Source of the DNA: Acidimicrobiales bacterium
Lineage (GTDB): Bacteria > Actinomycetota > Acidimicrobiia > Acidimicrobiales > Bog-793
Assembly (NCBI GenBank): GCA_050012675.1
Contig: JBEKGS010000006.1
Span: 65,889 to 129,888, forward strand
DNA length: 64,000 nucleotides
Direction: 5' to 3'
Shown here piece after piece: positions 1-7,663 of the stretch. The notes under the pieces are model-generated. The model worked only from the letters and a program-made list of their open reading frames with translations, was not told the DNA's origin and made no database searches. Numbering within the stretch: the first letter of the stretch is position 1; every line of letters begins with the position of its first letter. The translations under genes and the position numbers were made by a program.

Positions 1-505
1 AGCTCGAGGCCGACCTGGCGGACCATCCCGGGGAGCAGGGCCCCTATGTCGGGATGCCGCGCCCCGGGCATGGACATCTCCACGCCGTCGACTCGTCCTG
101 CCGAGGTGACCGGCTCCTGGGCCAGCAGGAAGCCCCCGATCCTGAGCGAGGCGGCCATCCGCCTCAGCACGACGAGCGGCTCGGCGACGTGCATCAACAG
201 GAAGCGGCAATAGGCGAGGTCGACGCTCTCGGGCAATGTCAGGTCCTCGCCTGCCTGAGTGATGGCTATGACCTGGGCCTCTCCGGCGGCGGCCGCCGCT
301 TGAGCCACCTCGTCGCGGGCCCGGGGATCGCTGTCAACGGCATAGACGCGCCCCTCGCGGCCGACGAGCTCTGCGAAGGCCACCGTGACGTCGCCGGCAC
401 CGGCACCGACGTCCACGCAACGCCATCCGGCCTCGACGCCCAGGCGCTCGAGAGCCGTCGCGAGCGGGCGCCGGTAGAGGTCGTTGCGCAAGCCGAGTTC
501 GCTCA
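1..505 (-). CDS. Class I SAM-dependent methyltransferase, 3' end cut by window edge
   Basis: Absent from the ORF track because it runs off the window. My reverse-complement translation from ATG (505-503) reads MSELGLRNDLYRRPLATALERLGVEAGWRCVDVGAGAGDVTVAFAELVGREGRVYAVDSDP... VDVGAGAGD matches SAM motif I (GxGxG), followed by an acidic residue after beta-2 (AVDSD). Confidence 0.65.
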
Positions 506-578
506 TCGCGACGACGGTAGTCAACTTCGCTGATCAGCCAGTACCGTGCCGGGCTACCGTTGCGGCGTGCGAGTGACG

Positions 579-1004
579 ATGATGCTGTGCGACGCGGCGC
601 AGGTGGCCGACGGGAAGCTGTTCATCCTCGGCGGAGGCTGGAGCCTCATCGGCCCCGAACCTATGCCGTCCGCGATCGCCATCAAGGTGGACGTGGGATG
701 GCACGAGGCCACGCGACCACACCACTGGGAGCTCTTCTTGATGGACGAGGACGGGCGCCCGGTGATCGTCGAGGGTGCGGACGGTCCTCAGCCGATCGAA
801 GTTCGCGGCGACTTCGAGGTAGGGCGGCCCGAAGGCGTGCCGGAGGGAAGCCCGGTCGACGTGGCCGTCGCGGTCAACTTCAGCCCCCTGCCACTCCCGG
901 ACAACACCCGTTTCACCTGGCGGCTCACGATCGACGGGGAGAGCGAGAACGACTGGCAGCTCACCTTTTCCACCAGACCGCCGAGAGAGCTGCCCAGCCC
1001 GTGA
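579..1004 (+). CDS. Hypothetical protein (conserved-looking, function unknown)
   Basis: ORF track 546..1004. I place the start at ATG 579 (MMLCDAAQVADGKLFILGGGWSL...). Third codon positions are G/C-rich. The gene is divergent from the methyltransferase. I recognise no motif, and the start is uncertain. Confidence 0.5.
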   Translation: MMLCDAAQVADGKLFILGGGWSLIGPEPMPSAIAIKVDVGWHEATRPHHWELFLMDEDGRPVIVEGADGPQPIEVRGDFEVGRPEGVPEGSPVDVAVAVNFSPLPLPDNTRFTWRLTIDGESENDWQLTFSTRPPRELPSP

Positions 1005-1157
1005 GCGCCGCGCAAGCTCGCCTGGCGAGGGCGGCGAGGGCGAGTAAGCAGATCTTCGCTCGTCCTGTTCCCCGTTTCTTGGCCTTGTTGACGCGCAGCA
1101 CTAGCCTGCCGGGAGCCGCTTTACAGGGTCTCAGAATCGACTGAAGGAGGCCGACCG

Positions 1158-1709
1158 TTGCCGAGACTGGATGCATCCACGGTGATCGCGGACGTCATGA
1201 TCGTGACTCCGGACATCTACGGCGACAGCCGTGGGCGGTTCATCGAGACATACAGAAGGAACTGGTTCCCCCTCGGCCGCGAGATGGTGCAGGGCAACCG
1301 CTCCGACCGTCAGCAAGGCGCGGTCGTAGGCCTCCACTACCACTTCCATCAGTCCGACTACTGGTACGTGACGCGCGGCAGGGCACGCGTCGTCCTGCAC
1401 GACCTGCGCGTCGGCTCACCGACCGACGGGGCGACCGAGGTCCTCGAGATCGGCGAGCACGATGATCGTGGGCTGTTCATACCCCCCGGCGTCGGGCATG
1501 GCTTCGCGGCCGTCACCGATCTGACGCTCACCTACCTCGTGGACTCCTACTACAACCCTGTGGACGAGCTCGGTGTCGCCTGGGACGACCCCGAGCTCAA
1601 GGCGGACTGGGGCATCACAGACCCGGTCGTGTCGGCACGCGACCGGTCCAACCCGCGCCGTTGCGAGATCCCTGACCACCTCCGCCCGCGCTTTGGCCTG
1701 AGGACCTGA
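1158..1709 (+). CDS. rmlC: dTDP-4-dehydrorhamnose 3,5-epimerase-like cupin (RmlC family)
   Basis: 183 aa. Contains DSRGRFIETY, VGLHYH, IPPGVGHGF and YYNPVDELGVAWDDPEL, the pattern I associate with RmlC. The TTG start is preceded by GAAGGAGG. Confidence 0.75.
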   Translation: MPRLDASTVIADVMIVTPDIYGDSRGRFIETYRRNWFPLGREMVQGNRSDRQQGAVVGLHYHFHQSDYWYVTRGRARVVLHDLRVGSPTDGATEVLEIGEHDDRGLFIPPGVGHGFAAVTDLTLTYLVDSYYNPVDELGVAWDDPELKADWGITDPVVSARDRSNPRRCEIPDHLRPRFGLRT

Positions 1710-1785
1710 AACCTGTCCGCTGACGGCCAGGGCGCGATGCCGTGACCTCGGCATTGGGCTTGAATGGGAGCGTGCGTAACCAGCC

Positions 1786-2808
1786 GTGGAGTTGAGGATC
1801 GTGATCGCGCTAGTCATCGTCGTGCTCGCCGTGCTCGTCGTAGCCGCGATCGTCTGGGCTCGGATCGCCTCTGGCAGGTCGGCCACCAAGTCCGTCGAGA
1901 CCTATGAGCGCGCTCTCGGCGTGTTGGGGGAGGTCTCCAAGCGCACCGAGTCCACCGGGTTCCGTATCCTGCCCCACGAAGAGACAGGCCGGGCCCATGT
2001 CGCCAGGCGCGGCGACGCAGTGGCCGGGCAGGTCCCCACGGCTCGTCGCGACGTCCGCATGCCCGCCCAGGGACCGCTGGCGTCTTCGCGTCTGCCGCCG
2101 GCAGGTGAGCCGAAGCTTCGTTTCTCGTCTCCGGGCCGGCCCGGGGCTGCACTGCCGGCGGACGCGGAGGTAGCCGGGGACCAGGCCCCTAGTGCACCAG
2201 CGGGCTCGACGGCCCCTTCACGGCCCCCGCGCGCCGGGGCGCGCCTGAAAGGCGCGGCAGAGGTCCGTGCCCGTGGACAGGCCTATCGGTCATCGGCCGA
2301 CCGGCACCGCCAGGTGATGGTGCGGCGGGCCGCGACCGGTGCTACGGCGGCTGTGGCCGTTGTGGCCGTCGTGCTCGCCGCCGTGTCGCTGAGCGGTGGT
2401 GGTGGTGGTGGGCGTCATGGGACGACCACCACGACGACGCTTCGTCGCGGAGGTGGGGGAGGTAGAACGACCACGACCACCACGACGACGATCCCGACCT
2501 CGCTCCAGCCGACATCGGTGTCGGCATCGAACGTCTCGTTCACCGTGCCGTCGAGCCGCTACACGTTGGCGTTCCAGGCCACAGGAGGCAGCTGCTGGGT
2601 CGGGATCGAGCACACGAGCGCCGGCCCGTGGCTGTTCGCCGAGACGTTGGTCGCGGGCCAGTCGGCGAGCTATCAGGGATCGGGCGCGCTCGTGGTGACG
2701 CTCGGGGCGCCCGAGCACATCGGCCTGACGGTGAACGGGCTCGTGGCCGAGCTGCCTCGTAGCATCACCCAGCCCTTCAACGTGGAGCTGGCCCCGACCT
2801 CGGGCTGA
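1786..2808 (+). CDS. Membrane protein with Gly/Thr low-complexity linker and RodZ-type C-terminal (DUF4115-like) domain
   Basis: 340 aa. N-terminal TM helix (IVIALVIVVLAVLVVAAIVWA) and a second TM (AAVAVVAVVLAAVSL). Linker GGGGGGRHGTTTTTTLRRGGGGGRTTTTTTTT. The C-terminus (SRYTLAFQATGGSCWVGIEH...LVVTLGAPEHIGLTVNG) resembles the RodZ C-terminal domain. Confidence 0.6.
   Translation: MELRIVIALVIVVLAVLVVAAIVWARIASGRSATKSVETYERALGVLGEVSKRTESTGFRILPHEETGRAHVARRGDAVAGQVPTARRDVRMPAQGPLASSRLPPAGEPKLRFSSPGRPGAALPADAEVAGDQAPSAPAGSTAPSRPPRAGARLKGAAEVRARGQAYRSSADRHRQVMVRRAATGATAAVAVVAVVLAAVSLSGGGGGGRHGTTTTTTLRRGGGGGRTTTTTTTTIPTSLQPTSVSASNVSFTVPSSRYTLAFQATGGSCWVGIEHTSAGPWLFAETLVAGQSASYQGSGALVVTLGAPEHIGLTVNGLVAELPRSITQPFNVELAPTSG
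2395..2490 (+). repeat. In-frame Gly-codon/Thr-codon low-complexity tandem (two G5-6-R-T6-8 units)
   Basis: ggtggtggtggtggtggg cgtcat ggg acgaccaccacgacgacg, then ggaggtgggggaggt aga acgaccacgaccaccacgacgacg. GGT and ACC are reverse complements, so each unit is also a DNA inverted repeat. Confidence 0.7.
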
Positions 2809-2895
2809 GGCGACAGCCCGGGCTCCCGCGGTGGGCGGAACGGCCCGGAGTTGTTACTATGGGCGTAGGAGAAACTCCCCGGAGAGGAATGCCTG

Positions 2896-4296
2896 ATGGC
2901 CGTAACGGAGCTCGATCTCGGCAAGTACCAGCTCGGCTGGAGCGACGTCGAGGATTACGTCTTCAAGCCACGCAAGGGACTGTCGGAAGAGATCGTCCGG
3001 GAGATGTCCGCCATGAAGGGCGAGCCGGACTGGATGCTCGACTTCAGACTTTCCTCGTTGCGCCGCTTCGAGCGCAAGCCGATGGTGCGATGGTTCGCGG
3101 AGAAGATGCCCGACCTGGACTTTGATGACATCTACTACTACATCAAGCCCACCGACGCCCAGGTAAACGACTGGGACCAGCTGCCGGAGGCGGTGAAGAG
3201 CACCTGGGACAAGCTCGGCATCCCTCAAGCCGAGCGCAAGTACCTGGCCGGGGTGACCGCGCAGTACGAGTCCGAGGTCGTGTACCACCGCAACCGCGAG
3301 GACCTCGCACGCCTCGGCGTGCTGTTCACCGACATGGACACAGCGGTCCGCGAGCACCCCGAGATCGTCCGCAAGTGGTTCGGCAAGATCATCCCCCCGG
3401 GTGACAACAAGTTCGCCGCCCTCAACTCGGCCGTCTGGTCGGGCGGCTCGTTCATCTACGTCCCGCCGGGCGTGACAGTGGACATGCCGCTCCAGGCGTA
3501 CTTCCGGATCAATGCCGAGAACATGGGCCAGTTCGAGCGGACCCTGATAATCGCGGACGAGGGTGCCAAGGTGCACTACGTCGAGGGCTGCTCGGCGCCG
3601 GTCTACTCGTCGGACTCGCTGCACTCGGCCGTCGTCGAGCTCGTGGCACTGCCCGGCAGCCGCATCACCTACACCACGATCCAGAACTGGTCCACCAACG
3701 TCTACAACCTGGTCACCAAGCGGGCTCGTGCCGAAGCCGAGGCGCACGTCGAGTGGATCGACGGCAACATCGGCTCGCGGCTCACGATGAAGTACCCCTC
3801 GGTGTACCTGATGGGACCCAAGGCGTCCGGTGAGGTCCTCTCCGTTGCCTACGCGGGGGCAGGCCAGGTCCTCGACACCGGGGCGAAGATGTTCCACTGC
3901 GCGCCCGAGACCAGTTCCACGATCGTCTCGAAGTCGATCTCGAAAGACGGCGGCCATTCCACCTACAGGGGCAAGGTCCACGTCGACGAAGGTGCCAGGC
4001 GGGCGAAGTCGTTCGTTCGCTGCGACGCGCTCATCCTGGACGAATCCTCGGTCTCCGAGACCAAGCCCTATATGGAGGTCTGCGAGCGCGATGCCGAGAT
4101 CGGCCACGAGGCGACCGTGTCCAAGATCGGTGACGCCCAGCTGTTCTACCTCATGAGCCGCGGGCTGAGCGAGACGCAGGCGATGGGGATGATCGTGAAC
4201 GGCTTCATCGAGCCGATCACCCGGACGCTGCCGATGGAGTACGCGGTCGAGTGGAGCCGGCTGATAGAGCTCCAGATGGACGGCTCGGTCGGCTGA
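2896..4296 (+). CDS. sufB: Fe-S cluster assembly protein SufB
   Basis: 466 aa. Sequence is SufB-like from end to end (YQLGWSDVEDYVFKPRKGLSEE..., HYVEGCSAPVY..., IGHEATVSKIGDAQLFYLMSRGL). Length is normal, so no intein. Confidence 0.95.
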   Translation: MAVTELDLGKYQLGWSDVEDYVFKPRKGLSEEIVREMSAMKGEPDWMLDFRLSSLRRFERKPMVRWFAEKMPDLDFDDIYYYIKPTDAQVNDWDQLPEAVKSTWDKLGIPQAERKYLAGVTAQYESEVVYHRNREDLARLGVLFTDMDTAVREHPEIVRKWFGKIIPPGDNKFAALNSAVWSGGSFIYVPPGVTVDMPLQAYFRINAENMGQFERTLIIADEGAKVHYVEGCSAPVYSSDSLHSAVVELVALPGSRITYTTIQNWSTNVYNLVTKRARAEAEAHVEWIDGNIGSRLTMKYPSVYLMGPKASGEVLSVAYAGAGQVLDTGAKMFHCAPETSSTIVSKSISKDGGHSTYRGKVHVDEGARRAKSFVRCDALILDESSVSETKPYMEVCERDAEIGHEATVSKIGDAQLFYLMSRGLSETQAMGMIVNGFIEPITRTLPMEYAVEWSRLIELQMDGSVG

Positions 4297-4370
4297 GTCC
4301 GCTGAGCGGGCCGACCGCGCGCCTGCCGGCGTTTCTGGCGCCATCGCGCGTTAACGTCCCTCCCGTGCCA

Positions 4371-4751
4371 ATGCGGGAAGACTGTCGTCACTTTCAGAGC
4401 CGCACCTACGCGAGCGGCGAGGTCGCGAGGTTCTGCGTGCTCGACATGGCGCCGGACGCGCCCTGGCGCTGCCCGGACAACTGCCCCGTCTACGAACGCC
4501 GCCTCGCTGACGCCGGGTGGACCCACGGCAAGCTCATCGAACCGGCCCTCGAGCAAGAGCCGGCCGACGTGCCCGCCGCCGATGCCGCAGACCTGCTCGA
4601 GAACGCGGAGGAGATCGTCGCCGCGGTGGCGCCCGACGCCGTAGCCGAGGCACAGAAGCGGGAGCGCAAGGAGGAGCGGCGTTCCGGACAGGCTGGCGGC
4701 TTCGGCCCCCGTGGCTGGTTCAAGCGCAAGGGCGCCCCTCCCGCGCGATGA
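4371..4751 (+). CDS. Hypothetical 126-aa protein with four Cys, embedded between sufB and sufD
   Basis: Part of ORF 4251..4751. The start is taken at ATG 4371 because the region upstream overlaps sufB. MREDCRHFQSRTYASGEVARFCVLDMAPDAPWRCPDNCPVYE... followed by an acidic then basic tail. About 88 percent G/C at third positions by my count. No obvious SD, so the start is uncertain (GTG 4365 is possible). Confidence 0.45.
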   Translation: MREDCRHFQSRTYASGEVARFCVLDMAPDAPWRCPDNCPVYERRLADAGWTHGKLIEPALEQEPADVPAADAADLLENAEEIVAAVAPDAVAEAQKRERKEERRSGQAGGFGPRGWFKRKGAPPAR

Positions 4752-4783
4752 CACCTGTCCGCTAACCTCCTGCCCTGATCAAG

Positions 4784-6136
4784 ATGCAGTTACCCGCTTT
4801 GTTCACTGCCGAGGTCGCGCGGAGTCTCGGTGGACCGGCTTGGCTCGTCGAACGCCGGGTCGATGCTCTGGAGAAGCTGGCCGCGAGCCCGCCGCCGATC
4901 GTCGAAGAAGACATGTGGCGCTACAGCCGGATCTCCGAGCTCGACCTCGGCCAGTTCGTGCCGGGCGGGGCCGCCGCCACGGCCGGACTTGTGCCGGCGC
5001 TCGAGGCTGACGCCTGGCCGGAGTCGGCCGCCCTGTTGGACGACGTCGGCGAGCGCTCCGGTCTCGCGGTCGTCGTAGACGGCGCACCGGTCTCGTTCGA
5101 GCTGTCCGCCCAGGCAGGCGCGGAAGGTACGGTCCTGGGCAGCGTCCTCGAGCACCCCAGGGGTTCGCAAGTCCTGGACCAGGTGACGAGCCTGAACACA
5201 GCCTCCGGCGAGGAGGAGCACGAGCCGGACGTGTTCGACCATCTGGCCGACGCCTTTCTTCGCGATGCCGTCCTGCTCTCTGTCCCGGCACGGGCCCGCC
5301 TCGACCACCCGGTGGTCGTCGTCCACCTGCTCGGCGCCCGCGGGGCGGCCGAGATGGCCGAGGCCGTCTTCGCGCGGACCGTCGTCGACTTGGGGGAGGC
5401 AGCCGAGGCGACGGTGATCGAGCTCTTCGTCTCCGGCGAGGGCCCGCTGCTGGTCGTCCCGGCCGTCGACATCGCGGTGGGAGATGGCGCAGTCTTGTCC
5501 TACAACGCCGTCCAGGAGCTCGGCAGAGGTGCATGGCAGTTCGCCCACCAGCGTGTCCGTGCAGGTCGGGACGCCACGGTCCGCACGTTCACAGCTTCGC
5601 TCGGCGCCGAGTACGCGCGTTTCCGCACCGAGTCCGTCCTTGCCGGCCAGGGAGGCAATGCAGAGCTCTTGGCCGCCTACCTTGGTGACGGGACCCAGGT
5701 GCACGACTTTCGCACCCTGCAGGAGCATGCGGCACCACGAACCCGCAGCGACCTCGTCTTCAAGGGTGCAGTCGGCGGCACTGCGCGATCGGTGTACTCG
5801 GGGCTCATCAGGATGTGCCACGGCGCAAAAGGCGCCGATGCGTTCCAGACGAACCGGAACCTCGTGCTAAGCGACGGTGCGCACGCCGACTCGGTCCCCA
5901 ATCTCGACATCGAGGAGAACGACGTGCGCTGCTCGCATGCCTCTTCCGTCGGTCAGATCGACCGCGAGCAGCGCTTCTACCTCGAGGCGAGGGGCGTCCC
6001 GCCAGCTGTCGCCGAGCGCCTGATCCTGCTGGGCTTCTTCGAGGACCTCTGGGTTCGCGTGGCGGCGCCAGGGGTCCGCGCCCATCTCGCAAGGGCCGTC
6101 GCGGCTCGCCTGGACAGGGTCACAAGTGGGAGCTGA
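4784..6136 (+). CDS. sufD: Fe-S cluster assembly protein SufD
   Basis: 450 aa. It sits between sufB and sufC. The C-terminal half is typical of SufD (HAAPRTRSDLVFKGAV...AFQTNRNLVLSDGAHADSVPNLDIEENDVRCSHASSVGQID). Confidence 0.9.
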   Translation: MQLPALFTAEVARSLGGPAWLVERRVDALEKLAASPPPIVEEDMWRYSRISELDLGQFVPGGAAATAGLVPALEADAWPESAALLDDVGERSGLAVVVDGAPVSFELSAQAGAEGTVLGSVLEHPRGSQVLDQVTSLNTASGEEEHEPDVFDHLADAFLRDAVLLSVPARARLDHPVVVVHLLGARGAAEMAEAVFARTVVDLGEAAEATVIELFVSGEGPLLVVPAVDIAVGDGAVLSYNAVQELGRGAWQFAHQRVRAGRDATVRTFTASLGAEYARFRTESVLAGQGGNAELLAAYLGDGTQVHDFRTLQEHAAPRTRSDLVFKGAVGGTARSVYSGLIRMCHGAKGADAFQTNRNLVLSDGAHADSVPNLDIEENDVRCSHASSVGQIDREQRFYLEARGVPPAVAERLILLGFFEDLWVRVAAPGVRAHLARAVAARLDRVTSGS

Positions 6137-6452
6137 CCCGGTGCGAGTCCGCCTGTGCGCGGCCGGCGAGCTCCAGGTCGGTCAGGTCCGCAGGTTCGAG
6201 ATCGAGGGAGGAGCGATCGCGCTCGTTCATTGCGACTCCGGTTTCAGGGCCCTCGTCGATGTCTGCAGCCACGAGGACTACCCCCTTTCGGAGGGCGAGG
6301 TCTTCGCCGATGTGTGCGAGATCGAGTGCCTCCGCCACGGGAGCACCTTCTCCCTGCTGGACGGCTCGCCGCAGAGCCTGCCGGCCACCCAGCCGGTGCG
6401 GGTCGTGCCTATCGAGGTCGAGGCCGGCGACGTCTTCGCGGTGATCAATTGA
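6126..6452 (+). CDS. Rieske-type [2Fe-2S] ferredoxin-like protein of the suf operon
   Basis: 108 aa. Contains the CSHEDYPLS and CLRHGSTF motifs (CxH...CxxH). It overlaps the sufD stop and the sufC start. GTG 6141 is an alternative start. Confidence 0.85.
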   Translation: MGADPVRVRLCAAGELQVGQVRRFEIEGGAIALVHCDSGFRALVDVCSHEDYPLSEGEVFADVCEIECLRHGSTFSLLDGSPQSLPATQPVRVVPIEVEAGDVFAVIN

Positions 6453-7285
6453 CCGCCAGCGTGCTCAGGATCTCGGATCTTCACGCCGGGGTCGACTCCC
6501 GCCAGATTCTGCGCGGCATAGACCTCGAGGTCCGCAGTGGGGAGATCCATGCCGTCATGGGCCCGAACGGCTCGGGTAAGAGCACCCTCGCCCACGTCCT
6601 CATGGGCAGGCCCGGGTACGAGGTCACCCGCGGGAGCGTGACGCTCGACGGCGTCGAGCTGCTTGCCATGGCACCTTTCGAGAGGGCGCAGGCCGGGCTG
6701 TTCCTGACCTTCCAGTATCCGATCGAGGTGCCCGGTGTGCCGCTTGCCTCGGCGCTCAGCGAGTCGCTGCTTGCCGCCGGTCGTAGCGCAGAAGCCGAGG
6801 CCGGGCCACTCGGCGAGCGCCTCTCCGAAGAGGCCGCTGTGCTCGGGATCCCCCCGGAGATACTGGCGCGTCCGTTGAACGTCGACCTGTCCGGCGGCGA
6901 GGCCAAGCGCAACGAGACCCTGCAGCTCGCTATCTTGCGGCCGCGGATCGCCATCTTGGACGAGCTCGACTCCGGCCTCGACGTCGATGCTCTCGGTCAG
7001 GTGGCCCGGCGTATCGAGCGGGCCACGCGTGAGGGCGATCCTCCTCTCGGCGTGATCGCGATCACCCATTACCGCCGTCTGCTTGCCGAGCTGCCCGCGC
7101 AACGCGTCCACGTCTTGTCGCAGGGCAGGATCGTCGCGAGCGGGGGGCCGGAGCTCGCCGAGGAGCTCGAGCGGACCGGCTATGAGGCTTACCGTGAGGA
7201 CGGCGAAGCGGCGCCGGGGGCGGCATCCGGCGACGCCGGCTTGCTGGGCCTCGGCCTCGGAGAGACTTTCCCCGGCGGCCTTTGA
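6449..7285 (+). CDS. sufC: Fe-S cluster assembly ATPase SufC
   Basis: Lies in the frame of ORF 6155..7285. The real start is probably TTG 6449 (or GTG 6461), overlapping the Rieske stop. Walker A GPNGSGKST, signature LSGGEAKR, Walker B IAILDELDSGLD. Confidence 0.9.
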   Translation: MTASVLRISDLHAGVDSRQILRGIDLEVRSGEIHAVMGPNGSGKSTLAHVLMGRPGYEVTRGSVTLDGVELLAMAPFERAQAGLFLTFQYPIEVPGVPLASALSESLLAAGRSAEAEAGPLGERLSEEAAVLGIPPEILARPLNVDLSGGEAKRNETLQLAILRPRIAILDELDSGLDVDALGQVARRIERATREGDPPLGVIAITHYRRLLAELPAQRVHVLSQGRIVASGGPELAEELERTGYEAYREDGEAAPGAASGDAGLLGLGLGETFPGGL

Positions 7286-7352
7286 GCGGGCCGAGCCGCC
7301 ACGCCGCTCGGGACGCGTGCTCGAGCGCCCGTCGTTTTCGACTACGGCTTGA

Positions 7353-7589
7353 TCAGAGGTTGACCACGGGGCAGGTCAGCGTGCGCGTGATGCCCTCTAT
7401 GAGCTGCACCCGACTGACGACGATCTTGCCCAGGTCGTCGACGGTCTCGGCTTCGGCCTGGATTATGACGTCGTAAGGGCCCGTGACGTCCTCGGCTCGC
7501 ACAACGCCTGGGATCTCCGCCACCTTCGTGGCGACTGAGGCCGCCTTGCCAACTTCTGTCTGGATCAGCACGTAGGCACGAACTCCCAC
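7353..7589 (-). CDS. Stand-alone Lrp/AsnC-type ligand-binding (RAM) domain protein, no HTH
   Basis: ORF 7353..7619. The start is set at GTG 7589, six nt after GGAGG. VGVRAYVLIQTEVGKAASVATKVAEIPGVVRAEDVTGPYDVIIQAEAE... is the AsnC-type effector domain alone (78 aa). Confidence 0.75.
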   Translation of the reverse strand: MGVRAYVLIQTEVGKAASVATKVAEIPGVVRAEDVTGPYDVIIQAEAETVDDLGKIVVSRVQLIEGITRTLTCPVVNL

Positions 7590-7663
7590 TGGTGACCTCC
7601 TCGTTCGTTGTGGGCGCATCGTAGCGGGGACGTGAACGAGGACCCGCCACGTACGATGAGAAG

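Noticed and set aside
2896-4296. A possible intein in SufB, as in Mycobacterium tuberculosis.
   Set aside because: The protein is 466 aa and continuous SufB-like sequence. No extra insert or Cys/Ser...HN splice junctions are seen.
2857-4344. A 495-aa minus-strand ORF antisense to sufB, with similar long antisense ORFs at 4790..5821 and 6278..7111.
   Set aside because: Each fully overlaps an unmistakable suf gene. The products are Arg/Gly/Pro/Asp-rich with no motifs. Long open antisense frames are expected in GC-rich DNA.
6155-6448. An upstream 98-codon extension of the sufC ORF.
   Set aside because: It overlaps the Rieske gene in another frame and is Arg/Gly-rich. SufC homology starts at about 6449.
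7286-7352. A rho-independent terminator after sufC (the GCTCGAGC palindrome followed by GTTTTCG).
   Set aside because: I could not draw a convincing stem. The arms do not pair beyond the 8-bp self-complementary core, which has no loop.
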